Shown: in pieces, positions 1 to 19,569 of the stretch | Layout: each line of letters begins with the position of its first letter | Numbering within the stretch: position 1 is the stretch's first letter | DNA from: Escherichia coli | GTDB lineage: Bacteria > Pseudomonadota > Gammaproteobacteria > Enterobacterales > Enterobacteriaceae | DNA length: 64,000 bases | Assembly (NCBI RefSeq): GCF_030013205.1 | Contig: NZ_CP122648.1 | Strand: one strand, 5' to 3' | Translations under genes and position numbers: made by a program | The notes under the pieces: model-generated | What the model was told of the DNA's origin: nothing | Database searches by the model: none | Seen by the model: only the letters and a program-made list of their open reading frames with translations

Positions 1-664
1 GGATAGCGATTTCCTGACGCTAAAAGGTTTGCTCGCGGAAGGCGTACTGGGTGAAGTTGCTTACTTTGAGTCTCATTTTGACCGCTTCCGTCCGCAGGTG
101 CGCGATCGTTGGCGTGAACAGGGCGGCCCTGGCAGCGGTATCTGGTACGATTTAGCACCGCATCTTCTTGATCAGGCCATTACGCTATTTGGTTTACCGG
201 TTAGCATGACGGTAGATTTGGCACAGTTACGGCCCGGAGCGCAGTCGACTGATTATTTCCACGCCATCTTGTCCTATCCGCAGCGGCGAGTCATTTTACA
301 CGGCACCATGCTGGCAGCCGCTGAGTCAGCACGTTATATCGTGCATGGATCCCGAGGCAGTTATGTGAAATATGGCCTCGATCCACAGGAAGAACGTCTG
401 AAAAATGGCGAGCGTCTGCCGCAGGAAGACTGGGGCTACGATATGCGTGATGGCGTACTTACCCGCGTGGAAGGTGAGGAACGTGTCGAAGAAACGCTGT
501 TGACAGTACCTGGGAATTATCCGGCTTACTATGCGGCTATACGTGATGCGTTAAATGGCGATGGTGAAAATCCGGTTCCGGCAAGCCAGGCAATCCAGGT
601 CATGGAGTTGATTGAGCTGGGCATCGAATCCGCCAAACATCGCGCGACTTTGTGCCTTGCGTGA
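1..664 (+). CDS. ydgJ: Gfo/Idh/MocA-type oxidoreductase YdgJ, C-terminal part (5' end outside window)
   Basis: Reading frame open from window edge (codons from nt 2); translation matches YdgJ C-terminus; lies next to add as in K-12. Confidence 0.85.
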   Translation, partial: DSDFLTLKGLLAEGVLGEVAYFESHFDRFRPQVRDRWREQGGPGSGIWYDLAPHLLDQAITLFGLPVSMTVDLAQLRPGAQSTDYFHAILSYPQRRVILHGTMLAAAESARYIVHGSRGSYVKYGLDPQEERLKNGERLPQEDWGYDMRDGVLTRVEGEERVEETLLTVPGNYPAYYAAIRDALNGDGENPVPASQAIQVMELIELGIESAKHRATLCLA

Positions 665-699
665 AAAGGGGATGGTGCAATTTGCACCATCCATTTTTG

Positions 700-1701
700 T
701 TACTTCGCTGCAACTTTTTCTCGCAGTGCGCGTTTTTCCTCAGCGTTGAGGAAAGCCATTTCCAGACCATTAATCTGTGCCTGGCGGATTTGCTCGCGGG
801 ATAACCCAGCAGCCGGCGCGGCAACGGTATATTCGTGAATGATATCCACTCCCTGTACGCCGGGATCGTCAGTGTTAATGCTGGCACGAATGCCATGCTC
901 AAGGAACGTTTTCAGCGGATGTGCAGCCAGCTCTGCTACGGTGCTGGTCTGAATATTGGAGGTCAGACAGGATTCAATACCAATTTGTTGCTCGGCGAGG
1001 AAATCCATCAGCGCCCGATCTTCAATGGCTTTTACGCCATGTCCAATACGCTCCGCACCCAGTTCACGAATCGCCTGCCAGATGCTTTCCGGCCCGGCAG
1101 CTTCGCCTGCATGGACGGTAATATGCCAGCCCGCATCACGCGCGCGGTTGAAGTGAGAAAGGAACAGACTTCCCGGGAAACCAAGTTCATCACCGGCTAA
1201 ATCAAGTGCGGTAATCTGGTCATGGTGGGCTAAAAAGGCCTCCAGTTCTTGCTGACAGGCGGCTTCGCCGAAGGTCCGGCTCATAATGCCGATAAGCTTC
1301 GCCTGCACACCAAAGGTGCGGCAACCCTCACGTACGCCATCGATCACCGCTTCGACAACACCCGCTACAGGCAGCTGATGTGCCATTGCCATGTAGCCCG
1401 GTGAAAAACGCAGCTCGACATAGTGCAGGTCGTTACGGGCTGCATCTTCAATGTTTTCAAATGCCACGCGGCGACAGGCATCAAGAGAGGCGAGAACTTT
1501 AACGCCCCAGTCAAGTTTGGTCAGAAAGCTCACAAGATCGGGTTCGTTGGCAATGACCTGAACGTGGGGAATAAGTGTTTCCAGGGATTGTGCAGGAAGC
1601 GAGATATTATACTGGCGGCCAAGTTCAAGAATGGTCTGGGGACGAATGTTACCATCAAGGTGGCGATGGATATCAGTTAATGGCAGGGTGGTATCAATCA
1701 T
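700..1701 (-). CDS. add: adenosine deaminase
   Basis: 333-aa ORF; translation recognised as Add; conserved neighbourhood. Confidence 0.95.
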   Translation of the reverse strand: MIDTTLPLTDIHRHLDGNIRPQTILELGRQYNISLPAQSLETLIPHVQVIANEPDLVSFLTKLDWGVKVLASLDACRRVAFENIEDAARNDLHYVELRFSPGYMAMAHQLPVAGVVEAVIDGVREGCRTFGVQAKLIGIMSRTFGEAACQQELEAFLAHHDQITALDLAGDELGFPGSLFLSHFNRARDAGWHITVHAGEAAGPESIWQAIRELGAERIGHGVKAIEDRALMDFLAEQQIGIESCLTSNIQTSTVAELAAHPLKTFLEHGIRASINTDDPGVQGVDIIHEYTVAAPAAGLSREQIRQAQINGLEMAFLNAEEKRALREKVAAK

Positions 1702-1804
1702 GGTCGCACTCTTTTTCTGGATATAAAAGTGCGCACCATTATAAAAACAAAGCAGGGTAAAAATCCACGATTGCGCAACGATTTTTTACGTTGCGCAATT
1801 TGGG

Positions 1805-2977
1805 TTAACGAACAGCGCGGATGGCGTTAATTAATCCAGCCACACCTTTTTCCAGTTTCGAACGCGGGCACCCGGCATTGAGACGAACAAAACCATGACC
1901 TTCTTCACCGTAGGTATACCCCGGCATGATCGCGACCTTCTCTTGCTCGATAAGCACTTTTTGCAACGCGTTGTCGTCAATATTCAACGGACGTAGATCA
2001 ATCCAGGCCAGATAAGTGGATTGCGGGATCTGCCAGTTGAGTTCAGGGAACGCGGCGTTCATTTTATCTGCGATATACGTCAGGTTATCTTTCAGATAGA
2101 CGCGTAAGGCATCCAGCCACGGCGCGCCTTGCTGATAGGCGGCGATATGGGCAGTTAACGCCAGTACCGAAGGGGAAGAAAGGCCATCACGTCCTTTCAG
2201 TGCCGATAAATAGGCATCACGGCTGCTGCTATTTTCTATAATCCCGTAAGCACCGGTCAGGGCGGGAATATTGAAACTTTTCGATCCCGACGTTAGCAAT
2301 GCCCAGTCTCCGCGCGCCACATTACTCCAGGGAATATGCGGCTGCTCGCCCCAAACCATATCCATATGGATTTCATCGGAAATAACCCGCACACCATGAC
2401 GCTCGCACAGGTCAGCCATGATCTCCAGTTCATCGCACGTCCACACTTTCCTGGTAGGATTCTGTGGGCTACACAGGAGCATAATTTTACATTCTGGTTT
2501 CGCCAACACGGCTTCCAGCTTGCCCATATCGCAAAACCAGCCGTCAGCCCGCTTCTCTAAAGCGACGGGCATTACTGTGCGCTGGTTACCTTCAATGGCC
2601 TTGTAAAATGCGTCATAGGCGGGTGTGTGGATCACCACGCCTTCACCTTTTTCAGACCACTGACGAATCAGTTCCGAGACCATGTAGATAACAGAAGGGC
2701 CATACACCACCGACTGCGTATCAATGGCGGTGTAATGCTGGGTGGAAAACCAGTGGGCAATAGCCGCGAGAAACTCATCGTTTTTCCAGCGGCTGTAGCC
2801 AAACACGCCGTGCATCAGGCGCTGATTCAGCGCCTCGATAATGCAGGGGGCAGTGGCAAAATCCATGTCTGAAATCGTGAACGGTAACAGGTCAGCAGTG
2901 CCGAAACGGTCAGCGACATAATCCCACTGCGTACACCATGTGCCATGACGATCCACGACCTTTGAAAAATCGAACAT
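1805..2977 (-). CDS. malY: MalY, PLP-dependent cystathionine beta-lyase / mal regulon modulator
   Basis: 390-aa ORF recognised as MalY; directly downstream of malX. Confidence 0.95.
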   Translation of the reverse strand: MFDFSKVVDRHGTWCTQWDYVADRFGTADLLPFTISDMDFATAPCIIEALNQRLMHGVFGYSRWKNDEFLAAIAHWFSTQHYTAIDTQSVVYGPSVIYMVSELIRQWSEKGEGVVIHTPAYDAFYKAIEGNQRTVMPVALEKRADGWFCDMGKLEAVLAKPECKIMLLCSPQNPTRKVWTCDELEIMADLCERHGVRVISDEIHMDMVWGEQPHIPWSNVARGDWALLTSGSKSFNIPALTGAYGIIENSSSRDAYLSALKGRDGLSSPSVLALTAHIAAYQQGAPWLDALRVYLKDNLTYIADKMNAAFPELNWQIPQSTYLAWIDLRPLNIDDNALQKVLIEQEKVAIMPGYTYGEEGHGFVRLNAGCPRSKLEKGVAGLINAIRAVR

Positions 2978-2986
2978 ATCTTATCC

Positions 2987-5782
<2,796 letters not shown>

Positions 5783-5893
5783 CCCTCTCTTTATCTGCTA
5801 TACCTGGTAGTGTCCTTTCCTCAAGGTTAATGATAAAAAATGTGGCACACAGGCGGTGCCTTTTATTTTTACTGAAGTTCACAGGAGGTTTAT

Positions 5894-6661
5894 GTGTTTA
5901 ATTCTGACAACCTGAGACTCGACGGAAAATGTGCCATCATCACAGGTGCCGGTGCAGGTATTGGTAAAGAAATTGCCATTACATTCGCGACAGCTGGCGC
6001 ATCTGTGGTGGTCAGTGATATTAACGCCGATGCAGCTAATCATGTTGTAGATGAAATTCAACAACTGGGTGGTCAGGCATTTGCCTGGCGCTGCGATATT
6101 ACTTCCGAACAGGAACTCTCTGCACTGGCAGACTTTGCCGTCAGTAAGCTGGGTAAAGTTGATATCCTGGTTAACAACGCCGGTGGCGGTGGGCCTAAAC
6201 CGTTTGATATGCCAATGGCAGATTTTCGCCGCGCTTATGAACTGAATGTATTTTCTTTTTTCCATCTGTCACAACTTGTTGCGCCAGAAATGGAAAAAAA
6301 TGGCGGTGGCGTTATTCTGACCATTACTTCTATGGCGGCAGAAAATAAAAATATAAACATGACCTCCTATGCATCATCTAAAGCTGCGGCCAGTCATCTG
6401 GTCAGAAACATGGCGTTTGACCTGGGTGAAAAAAATATTCGGGTGAATGGCATTGCGCCGGGGGCAATATTAACCGATGCCCTGAAATCCGTTATTACAC
6501 CTGAAATTGAACAAAAAATGTTACAGCACACACCGATTAGACGTCTGGGCCAACCGCAAGATATTGCTAACGCGGCGCTGTTCCTTTGCTCGCCTGCAGC
6601 CAGCTGGGTAAGCGGACAAATTCTCACCGTCTCCGGTGGTGGGGTACAGGAGCTCAATTAA
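5894..6661 (+). CDS. hdhA: 7-alpha-hydroxysteroid dehydrogenase (SDR family)
   Basis: 255-aa ORF with TGAGAGIG Rossmann motif; recognised as HdhA. Confidence 0.95.
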   Translation: MFNSDNLRLDGKCAIITGAGAGIGKEIAITFATAGASVVVSDINADAANHVVDEIQQLGGQAFAWRCDITSEQELSALADFAVSKLGKVDILVNNAGGGGPKPFDMPMADFRRAYELNVFSFFHLSQLVAPEMEKNGGGVILTITSMAAENKNINMTSYASSKAAASHLVRNMAFDLGEKNIRVNGIAPGAILTDALKSVITPEIEQKMLQHTPIRRLGQPQDIANAALFLCSPAASWVSGQILTVSGGGVQELN

Positions 6662-6673
6662 TACACTAACGGA

Positions 6674-6704
6674 CCGGTAAACAACCGTGCGTGTTGTTTA
6701 CCGG
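6674..6704 (+). terminator. 12-bp perfect inverted repeat hairpin downstream of hdhA (no clear U-tract)
   Basis: CCGGTAAACAAC-N7-GTTGTTTACCGG read directly 13 nt after the hdhA stop. Confidence 0.4.
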
Positions 6705-6881
6705 GATAAACTCATCAACGTCTCAGCTAAATAACTGGCAGCCAAATCACGGCTATTGGTTAACCAATTTTCGAGTGAAAAGTATACGAATAGAGTGTGC
6801 CTTCGCACTATTCAACAGCAATGATAGGCGCTCACCTGACAACGCGGTAAACTAGTTATTCACGCTAACTATAATGGTTTA

Positions 6882-7472
6882 ATGATGGATAACATGCAGA
6901 CTGAAGCACAACCGACACGGACCCGGATCCTCAATGCTGCCAGAGAGATTTTTTCAGAAAATGGATTTCACAGTGCCTCGATGAAAGCCATCTGTAAATC
7001 TTGCGCCATTAGTCCCGGGACGCTCTATCACCATTTCATCTCCAAAGAAGCCCTGATTCAGGCGATTATCTTACAGGACCAGGAGAGGGCGCTGGCCCGT
7101 TTCCGGGAACCGATTGAAGGGATTCATTTCGTTGACTATATGGTCAAGTCTATTGTCTCTCTCACCCATGAAGCCTTTGGACAACGGGCGCTGGTGGTCG
7201 AAATTATGGCGGAAGGGATGCGTAACCCACAGGTCGCCGCCATGCTTAAAAATAAGCATATGACGATCACGGAATTTGTTGCCCAGCGGATGCGTGATGC
7301 CCAGCAAAAAGGCGAGATAAGCCCAGACATCAACACGGCAATGACTTCACGTTTACTGCTGGATCTGACCTACGGTGTACTGGCCGATATCGAAGCGGAA
7401 GATCTGGCGCGTGAAGCGTCGTTTGCTCAGGGATTACGCGCGATGATTGGCGGTATCTTAACCGCATCCTGA
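6882..7472 (+). CDS. uidR: TetR-family repressor of the glucuronide operon
   Basis: 196-aa ORF with TetR-type N-terminal HTH; immediately upstream of uidA. Confidence 0.9.
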   Translation: MMDNMQTEAQPTRTRILNAAREIFSENGFHSASMKAICKSCAISPGTLYHHFISKEALIQAIILQDQERALARFREPIEGIHFVDYMVKSIVSLTHEAFGQRALVVEIMAEGMRNPQVAAMLKNKHMTITEFVAQRMRDAQQKGEISPDINTAMTSRLLLDLTYGVLADIEAEDLAREASFAQGLRAMIGGILTAS

Positions 7473-7811
7473 TCCTCTCTCTCTTTCCGCGGGCTGGTGA
7501 CAACTGAGCCCGCGTTTCATATCGTAATTTCTCTGTGCAAAAATTATCCTTCCCGGGTTCGGAGAATTCCCCCCAAAATATTCACTGTAGCCATATGTCA
7601 TGAGAGTTTATCGTTCCCAATATGCTCGAACGAACGTTCGATTGCTTATTTTGTGTCTTATGTCAACGCTGTTTTAAAGATTAATGCGATCTATATCACG
7701 CTGTGGGTATTGCAGTTTTTGGTTTTTTGATCCCGGTGTCAGTTCTTTTTATTTCCATTTCTCTTCCATGGGTTTCTCACAGATAACTGTGTGCAACACA
7801 GAATTGGTTAA

Positions 7812-11044
<3,233 letters not shown>

Positions 11045-11082
11045 TATTCAATAAAAATAATCAGAACATCAAAGGTGCAACT

Positions 11083-12348
11083 ATGAGAAAAATAGTGGCC
11101 ATGGCCGTTATTTGCCTGACGGCTGCCTCTGGCCTTACCTCTGCTTACGCGGCGCAACTGGCTGACGATGAAGCGGGACTACGCATCAGACTGAAAAACG
11201 AATTGCGCAGGGCTGATAAGCCCAGTGCTGGCGCGGGAAGAGATATTTACGCATGGGTACAGGGAGGATTGCTCGATTTCAATAGTGGTTATTATTCCAA
11301 TATTATTGGCGTTGAAGGCGGAGCGTATTATGTTTATAAATTAGGTGCTCGTGCTGATATGAGTACCCGGTGGTATCTTGATGGTGATAAAAGTTTTGGC
11401 TTTGCCCTGGGGGCAGTAAAAATAAAACCCAGTGAAAATAGCCTGCTTAAATTAGGTCGCTTCGGGACGGATTATAGTTATGGTAGCTTACCTTATCGTA
11501 TTCCGTTAATGGCTGGCAGTTCGCAACGTACATTACCGACAGTTTCTGAAGGAGCATTAGGTTACTGGGCTTTAACGCCAAATATTGATCTGTGGGGAAT
11601 GTGGCGTTCACGAGTATTTTTATGGACCGATTCAACAACCGGTATTCGTGATGAAGGGGTTTATAACAGCCAGACGGGAAAATACGATAAACATCGCGCA
11701 CGTTCTTTTTTAGCCGCCAGTTGGCATGATGATACCAGTCGCTATTCTCTGGGAGCATCGGTACAGAAAGATGTTTCCAATCAGATACAAAGTATTCTCG
11801 AGAAAAGCATACCGCTCGACCCGAATTATACGTTGAAAGGGGAGTTGCTCGGCTTTTACGCGCAACTCGAAGGTTTAAGTCGTAATACCAGCCAGCCCAA
11901 TGAAACGGCGTTGGTTAGTGGACAATTGACCTGGAATGCGCCGTGGGGAAGCGTATTTGGCAGTGGTGGTTATTTGCGCCATGCAATGAATGGTGCCGTG
12001 GTGGACACCGACATTGGCTATCCCTTTTCATTAAGTCTTGATCGTAACCGTGAAGGAATGCAGTCCTGGCAATTGGGCGTTAACTATCGTTTAACTCCTC
12101 AATTTACGCTGATATTTGCACCGATTGTGACTCGCGGCTATGAATCCAGTAAACGAGATGTGCGGATTGAAGGCGCGGGTATCTTAGGTGGTATGAACTA
12201 TCGGGTCAGCGAAGGGCCGTTACAAGGGATGAATTTCTTTCTTGCTGCCGATAAAGGGCGGGAAAAGCGCGATGGCAGTACACTGGGCGATCGCCTGAAT
12301 TACTGGGATGTGAAAATGAGTATTCAGTATGACTTTATGCTGAAGTAA
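11083..12348 (+). CDS. uidC: outer-membrane glucuronide porin
   Basis: 421-aa ORF with N-terminal signal peptide and C-terminal aromatic residue; third gene of uid operon. Confidence 0.9.
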   Translation: MRKIVAMAVICLTAASGLTSAYAAQLADDEAGLRIRLKNELRRADKPSAGAGRDIYAWVQGGLLDFNSGYYSNIIGVEGGAYYVYKLGARADMSTRWYLDGDKSFGFALGAVKIKPSENSLLKLGRFGTDYSYGSLPYRIPLMAGSSQRTLPTVSEGALGYWALTPNIDLWGMWRSRVFLWTDSTTGIRDEGVYNSQTGKYDKHRARSFLAASWHDDTSRYSLGASVQKDVSNQIQSILEKSIPLDPNYTLKGELLGFYAQLEGLSRNTSQPNETALVSGQLTWNAPWGSVFGSGGYLRHAMNGAVVDTDIGYPFSLSLDRNREGMQSWQLGVNYRLTPQFTLIFAPIVTRGYESSKRDVRIEGAGILGGMNYRVSEGPLQGMNFFLAADKGREKRDGSTLGDRLNYWDVKMSIQYDFMLK

Positions 12349-12356
12349 GAAAAAAC

Positions 12357-12383
12357 GCCGGAGAGAAAAATCTCCGGCATTTT
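12357..12383. terminator. Rho-independent terminator hairpin between convergent uidC and ydgA
   Basis: GCCGGAGA-loop-TCTCCGGC followed by ATTTT. Confidence 0.6.
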
Positions 12384-12392
12384 GGCTGTGAA

Positions 12393-13901
12393 TTACTGCT
12401 GCGGAATAGCGGGTACAGCCGGAACATTTAATGCCGGCATCGCAAACATCCCAACAAAATCTTCCAGTGGCATTTTCTGCCCGTTTAACGTGATCTGACC
12501 GTTAGCATATTGCAGGCTGGTGGTGATGGTATTGTCCTGCAAGGTGGTCAGACGGAACATCTGCCCCATTGCTGACGCACCTTCAACTTGCTGTTTCGCC
12601 AGTTTTTTCGCTTGATCTTCCTGATAACCTTCCAGCTTCGCTACCTGAGTCATCAACTCAGTTGCCATATCCACCGGAATGGTCAGTTTCGCATCCAGAG
12701 ATTTAACCGAGCGGTCTACTTCCTGCGCCAGCGTTTGCGGCGCTTCTTTAGTCGTTGCCGGATCTTTCAGGAACAGCGACAGATTCAGCGCACTTTCACC
12801 CTGACTGTTCTTCCAGCTTAGTGGCGCGATAGTAATCACCGGATCGCCTTTCAACATCAGTGGCAGGGCGCTAAAGAAGGCTTCCGTCACTTTCTCCTGA
12901 TAGAGTTCGGGATTGTTGGCAATTTCTGGCTGTGCCAGCAGCGCCTGAGTTTGCGCGTTATATTGCTGGCTAAACTGATGCCAGGCTTCACCATCAATCT
13001 GGCCGACTTTTAAAGTCAGCTTGCCGCTGCCCAGATCCTGATTCTGTACCTTCAGGCTGTTTAGCGAGTAATCCAGTTGGCTATTGATCGTTTTACCGTC
13101 ATTGACCAGATCCGATTTACCGCTGATCTCCATGCCTTCCAGCAGTGCCAGTTCTTTGCCTTCCACTGAAATGGTCATTTTTTCCAGTGACAGTTTTTGA
13201 TTTCCTACGCGCTCACCAAAACTTGCCAGCGTGCTGGAACCGTCGGTTTTCAGATTATTAAAGGTCAACTGTACTTTCTGGTTATATTCGTTAACCGCGT
13301 CTATCCGACCACTTTGCGCCTCCCCGGAAAGGGAGATAGCTTTGCCGTCTCTGTCTGCATTTAACTGGAACTCGCCGCCGCTAAAGGCGACTTTTTCATC
13401 CTTTTGCTCGTAATTCAGTGGCTTGAGCGAAATATCGGAACTGGAATCTCCGCTGTAACCAATGCGGGAGTTAATCTCAAAAGGCGTTTCACCTTTTGCC
13501 ATATCAAACAGTGGCTTGCTAACTTCGTTATTAACCAGCGTGGTTTGAATTGATGCCATCGACGGGATCAGGTTCAGTTTTTTTAGCTGGGCAAGGGGGA
13601 AGGGACCATGATCAACCGATTCGTTGAAGATGACGCTCTGACCACTTTTAATCCACGGATTTTCTTTCCCGGCAATGGGTTTCACCAACAGTTGCAGCTG
13701 ACTGCTGAATACGCCGCGATGATAGTTTTGATAACTCACTTCCAGGTTGGATTCAGGAGCGGTCAGTTTGAGTTGCGCGTTCGCCTGCGCGACCATGTCT
13801 TCGAGATGGGTTTCAATCTTCTTGCCTGTATACCATGCGCCGCCTGTCCAGACTACGCCTAGCGCAACAATGACGCCTACCGCTACCAGCGATTTATTCA
13901 T
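12393..13901 (-). CDS. ydgA: DUF945-family periplasmic protein YdgA
   Basis: 502-aa ORF with signal-anchor N-terminus; recognised as YdgA. Confidence 0.9.
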   Translation of the reverse strand: MNKSLVAVGVIVALGVVWTGGAWYTGKKIETHLEDMVAQANAQLKLTAPESNLEVSYQNYHRGVFSSQLQLLVKPIAGKENPWIKSGQSVIFNESVDHGPFPLAQLKKLNLIPSMASIQTTLVNNEVSKPLFDMAKGETPFEINSRIGYSGDSSSDISLKPLNYEQKDEKVAFSGGEFQLNADRDGKAISLSGEAQSGRIDAVNEYNQKVQLTFNNLKTDGSSTLASFGERVGNQKLSLEKMTISVEGKELALLEGMEISGKSDLVNDGKTINSQLDYSLNSLKVQNQDLGSGKLTLKVGQIDGEAWHQFSQQYNAQTQALLAQPEIANNPELYQEKVTEAFFSALPLMLKGDPVITIAPLSWKNSQGESALNLSLFLKDPATTKEAPQTLAQEVDRSVKSLDAKLTIPVDMATELMTQVAKLEGYQEDQAKKLAKQQVEGASAMGQMFRLTTLQDNTITTSLQYANGQITLNGQKMPLEDFVGMFAMPALNVPAVPAIPQQ

Positions 13902-14001
13902 AATGATTATCCATAAAATGAAATCAGGCGGACTGGCCGCCTGAAGGTGTTATAAGCCTTTAATAAGCTTAGCAAGAGATGTTAATTTTTTCAGTAAGCT
14001 C

Positions 14002-15177
14002 TTACAGCTTGTTGTAAACACGCGCTAAACGGCCGTGGCCTTTGACACTCACCGGTGATTCGTTGGCGGCAATAAACGCTGATTCACCCGGTTTAAGCTG
14101 TAACTGCTGAGAACCTTTCCACAGCGTTGCATCGCCTTCGACGCAGAACAAAATGGCGGCACTCTGCTGGCTGATGGTGGTTTCTTTATCACTAAGGTCA
14201 TGCAGCGAGAAGGCAAAATCATCCACAGGAATCGGGAAGTCCAGTTCTGCACCTTGTTTCACCGGCTGGGTCAACAACTGGTTAGCCGGTTTGGCTTCGA
14301 ACTTCACATTGGCAACCAGTTCCGGAATATCAATGTATTTAGGCGTCAGACCCGCACGCAGCACGTTATCGGAGTTCGCCATCACTTCCAGCGCCACGCC
14401 TTGCAGGTAAGCGTGCGGTGTTTCAGCGAACAGGAACATCGCTTCGCCAGGATTCAATTTCACCACATTCAGCAACAGCGGGGAGAACAGACCGCTGTCA
14501 TCCGGGTAAAATTCAGAAATTAAACGAATTGTTTGCCACGGTTCACCCTGCTGGCTGTCAAGGGCCGATTTTAAAATCGCCAGCGCGCGGGATTTTTCTT
14601 CACCCTGCATATTCAACAGGCTGGCGAACAGTTCGCTTAAACGTTCGGCATCAGGCTGTTGTAAAAAGTGAGCAATCGCCGGATGTGCACCTGCGACCGG
14701 CTGGAGCAGGGAGACAATCTCGGAAAACTCACGAAACGCGTTCATCGCAAGGAAAGGCGTCAGCGCAAAAACCAGCTCCGGCTTGTGGTTAGGATCTTTA
14801 TAGTTACGCTCGGCGGCATCCATCGGAATACCTGCGGCATTTTCTTTGGCAAAACCGATTTCAGAATTGCGTTTGTTTGGATGAACCTGAATGGAGAGCG
14901 GCTGTGCTGCGCATAATACTTTGAACAGGAAAGGCAGTTCGCCAAAGCGTTTGGCAACGGCCTCTCCGAGCAGAGTCGATTTATTACTCTCAATCACATC
15001 ACGCAGTGAAACGATATCTCCGGCGGCATTCTGCACCCGTGAACTGCTTCTCGGATGTGCGCCCATCCACAGCTCGGCCATCGGCTGGCTGGACGGATTT
15101 TCCATGCCATAAAGTTCAGTCAACGCCGTTTTGCTGCCCCAGGCATAGTTTTGCACTGAGTTAATGAGTTTTTGCAT
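14002..15177 (-). CDS. manA: mannose-6-phosphate isomerase
   Basis: ORF track gives 417 aa; trimmed to ATG at 15175-15177 (MQKLINSVQNYAWG...) giving 391 aa. Confidence 0.95.
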   Translation of the reverse strand: MQKLINSVQNYAWGSKTALTELYGMENPSSQPMAELWMGAHPRSSSRVQNAAGDIVSLRDVIESNKSTLLGEAVAKRFGELPFLFKVLCAAQPLSIQVHPNKRNSEIGFAKENAAGIPMDAAERNYKDPNHKPELVFALTPFLAMNAFREFSEIVSLLQPVAGAHPAIAHFLQQPDAERLSELFASLLNMQGEEKSRALAILKSALDSQQGEPWQTIRLISEFYPDDSGLFSPLLLNVVKLNPGEAMFLFAETPHAYLQGVALEVMANSDNVLRAGLTPKYIDIPELVANVKFEAKPANQLLTQPVKQGAELDFPIPVDDFAFSLHDLSDKETTISQQSAAILFCVEGDATLWKGSQQLQLKPGESAFIAANESPVSVKGHGRLARVYNKL

Positions 15178-15375
15178 GATCAATCCCTGTTTTAATGTGG
15201 AAATTAATCCCGCTATTAAAGCAAGAATCCTACGGGAAGTAACCTGGAGCCGCAAAAAGTCGTACTAGTCTCAGTTTTTGTTAAAAAAGTGTGTAGGATA
15301 TTGTTACTCGCTTTTAACAGGGCAACGGAACACCCGCCCAGAGCATAACCAAACCAGGCAGTAAGTGAGAGAACA

Positions 15376-17022
15376 ATGTCAAACAAACCCTTTCATTATC
15401 AGGCTCCTTTTCCACTCAAAAAAGATGATACTGAGTATTACCTGCTAACCAGCGAACACGTTAGCGTATCTGAATTTGAAGGGCAGGAGATTTTGAAAGT
15501 CGCACCCGAAGCGTTAACTTTGTTGGCGCGTCAGGCGTTTCATGATGCGTCATTTATGCTGCGTCCGGCTCACCAACAACAGGTGGCCGACATTCTGCGT
15601 GACCCGGAAGCCAGCGAAAATGATAAATATGTGGCGCTGCAATTCCTGCGCAACTCCGACATCGCGGCGAAAGGCGTTCTGCCAACCTGTCAGGATACCG
15701 GCACCGCGATTATTGTTGGCAAAAAAGGGCAGCGTGTATGGACCGGTGGCGGTGATGAAGCGGCGCTGGCACGCGGTGTCTATAACACTTATAGCGAAGA
15801 TAATCTGCGCTACTCGCAAAACGCGCCGCTGGATATGTATAAAGAGGTGAATACCGGTACCAACTTGCCGGCGCAGATCGATCTTTATGCCGTTGATGGC
15901 GACGAGTACAAATTCCTCTGTATCGCCAAAGGTGGCGGTTCGGCAAACAAGACGTATCTGTATCAGGAAACCAAAGCGTTACTGACGCCGGGAAAACTGA
16001 AAAATTACCTGGTTGAGAAAATGCGCACGCTGGGTACGGCAGCCTGTCCTCCCTATCATATTGCATTTGTGATTGGTGGAACTTCTGCGGAAACGAACCT
16101 TAAAACGGTGAAACTGGCTTCCGCTAAATACTATGATGAACTGCCAACGGAAGGGAATGAGCACGGACAGGCGTTCCGCGATGTGGAACTGGAAAAAGAA
16201 TTGCTGATCGAAGCGCAAAATCTTGGTCTGGGTGCGCAGTTTGGTGGTAAATACTTCGCTCACGACATCCGCGTGATTCGCCTGCCACGTCACGGCGCAT
16301 CCTGCCCGGTCGGAATGGGCGTCTCCTGTTCTGCTGACCGTAATATCAAAGCGAAGATCAATCGTCAGGGGATCTGGATCGAAAAACTGGAACATAATCC
16401 AGGCAAATATATTCCGGAAGAGCTGCGCAAAACGGGAGAAGGCGAAGCGGTGCGCGTTGACCTTAACCGTCCGATGAAAGAGATCCTCGCACAGTTGTCG
16501 CAGTACCCCGTTTCTACACGCTTATCGCTTAACGGCACGATTATCGTTGGTCGTGATATTGCTCACGCCAAACTGAAAGAGCGGATGGATAACGGTGAAG
16601 GGCTGCCGCAGTACATTAAAGATCATCCGATTTACTACGCGGGTCCGGCCAAAACGCCGGAAGGTTATGCCTCCGGTTCTCTTGGCCCAACGACCGCCGG
16701 ACGGATGGATTCTTATGTCGATCAACTGCAAGCGCAGGGCGGAAGTATGATCATGCTGGCGAAAGGCAACCGCAGCCAGCAGGTGACGGATGCCTGTAAA
16801 AAACACGGCGGCTTCTACCTTGGCAGTATCGGTGGTCCGGCCGCTGTATTGGCGCAGGGTAGTATTAAGAGCCTGGAATGTGTTGAATATCCGGAACTGG
16901 GAATGGAAGCCATCTGGAAAATTGAAGTGGAAGATTTCCCGGCGTTTATCCTTGTGGATGATAAAGGAAATGACTTCTTCCAGCAGATACAACTCACACA
17001 GTGCACCCGCTGTGTGAAATAA
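15376..17022 (+). CDS. fumA: class I (Fe-S) fumarate hydratase
   Basis: 548-aa ORF recognised as FumA; upstream of fumC. Confidence 0.95.
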   Translation: MSNKPFHYQAPFPLKKDDTEYYLLTSEHVSVSEFEGQEILKVAPEALTLLARQAFHDASFMLRPAHQQQVADILRDPEASENDKYVALQFLRNSDIAAKGVLPTCQDTGTAIIVGKKGQRVWTGGGDEAALARGVYNTYSEDNLRYSQNAPLDMYKEVNTGTNLPAQIDLYAVDGDEYKFLCIAKGGGSANKTYLYQETKALLTPGKLKNYLVEKMRTLGTAACPPYHIAFVIGGTSAETNLKTVKLASAKYYDELPTEGNEHGQAFRDVELEKELLIEAQNLGLGAQFGGKYFAHDIRVIRLPRHGASCPVGMGVSCSADRNIKAKINRQGIWIEKLEHNPGKYIPEELRKTGEGEAVRVDLNRPMKEILAQLSQYPVSTRLSLNGTIIVGRDIAHAKLKERMDNGEGLPQYIKDHPIYYAGPAKTPEGYASGSLGPTTAGRMDSYVDQLQAQGGSMIMLAKGNRSQQVTDACKKHGGFYLGSIGGPAAVLAQGSIKSLECVEYPELGMEAIWKIEVEDFPAFILVDDKGNDFFQQIQLTQCTRCVK

Positions 17023-17027
17023 ACAGA

Positions 17028-17051
17028 GCCGCCCTTCGGGGCGGTTTTTTT
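17028..17051 (+). terminator. Rho-independent terminator after fumA
   Basis: GCCGCCC-TTCG-GGGCGG hairpin followed by TTTTTTT, 6 nt after the fumA stop. Confidence 0.75.
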
Positions 17052-17164
17052 ACATGGCACGAAAGACCAAACATTTGTTATCAAATAGTAAATAATGAGT
17101 GAGCTAAAAGTTGCTTAACGAAAGCAAAACAGAAAGAAAAAATTAATCAGGTGAGGAGCAGGCC

Positions 17165-19527
<2,363 letters not shown>

Positions 19528-19569
19528 TTATAGCACAGTGGTGGTGACTTGACCACCGTGCGCGTAATG

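Noticed and set aside
14002-15255. 417-codon extended manA ORF
   Set aside because: The true start is the ATG at 15175-15177 (MQKLINSVQNYAWG); the upstream extension is frame carry-over.
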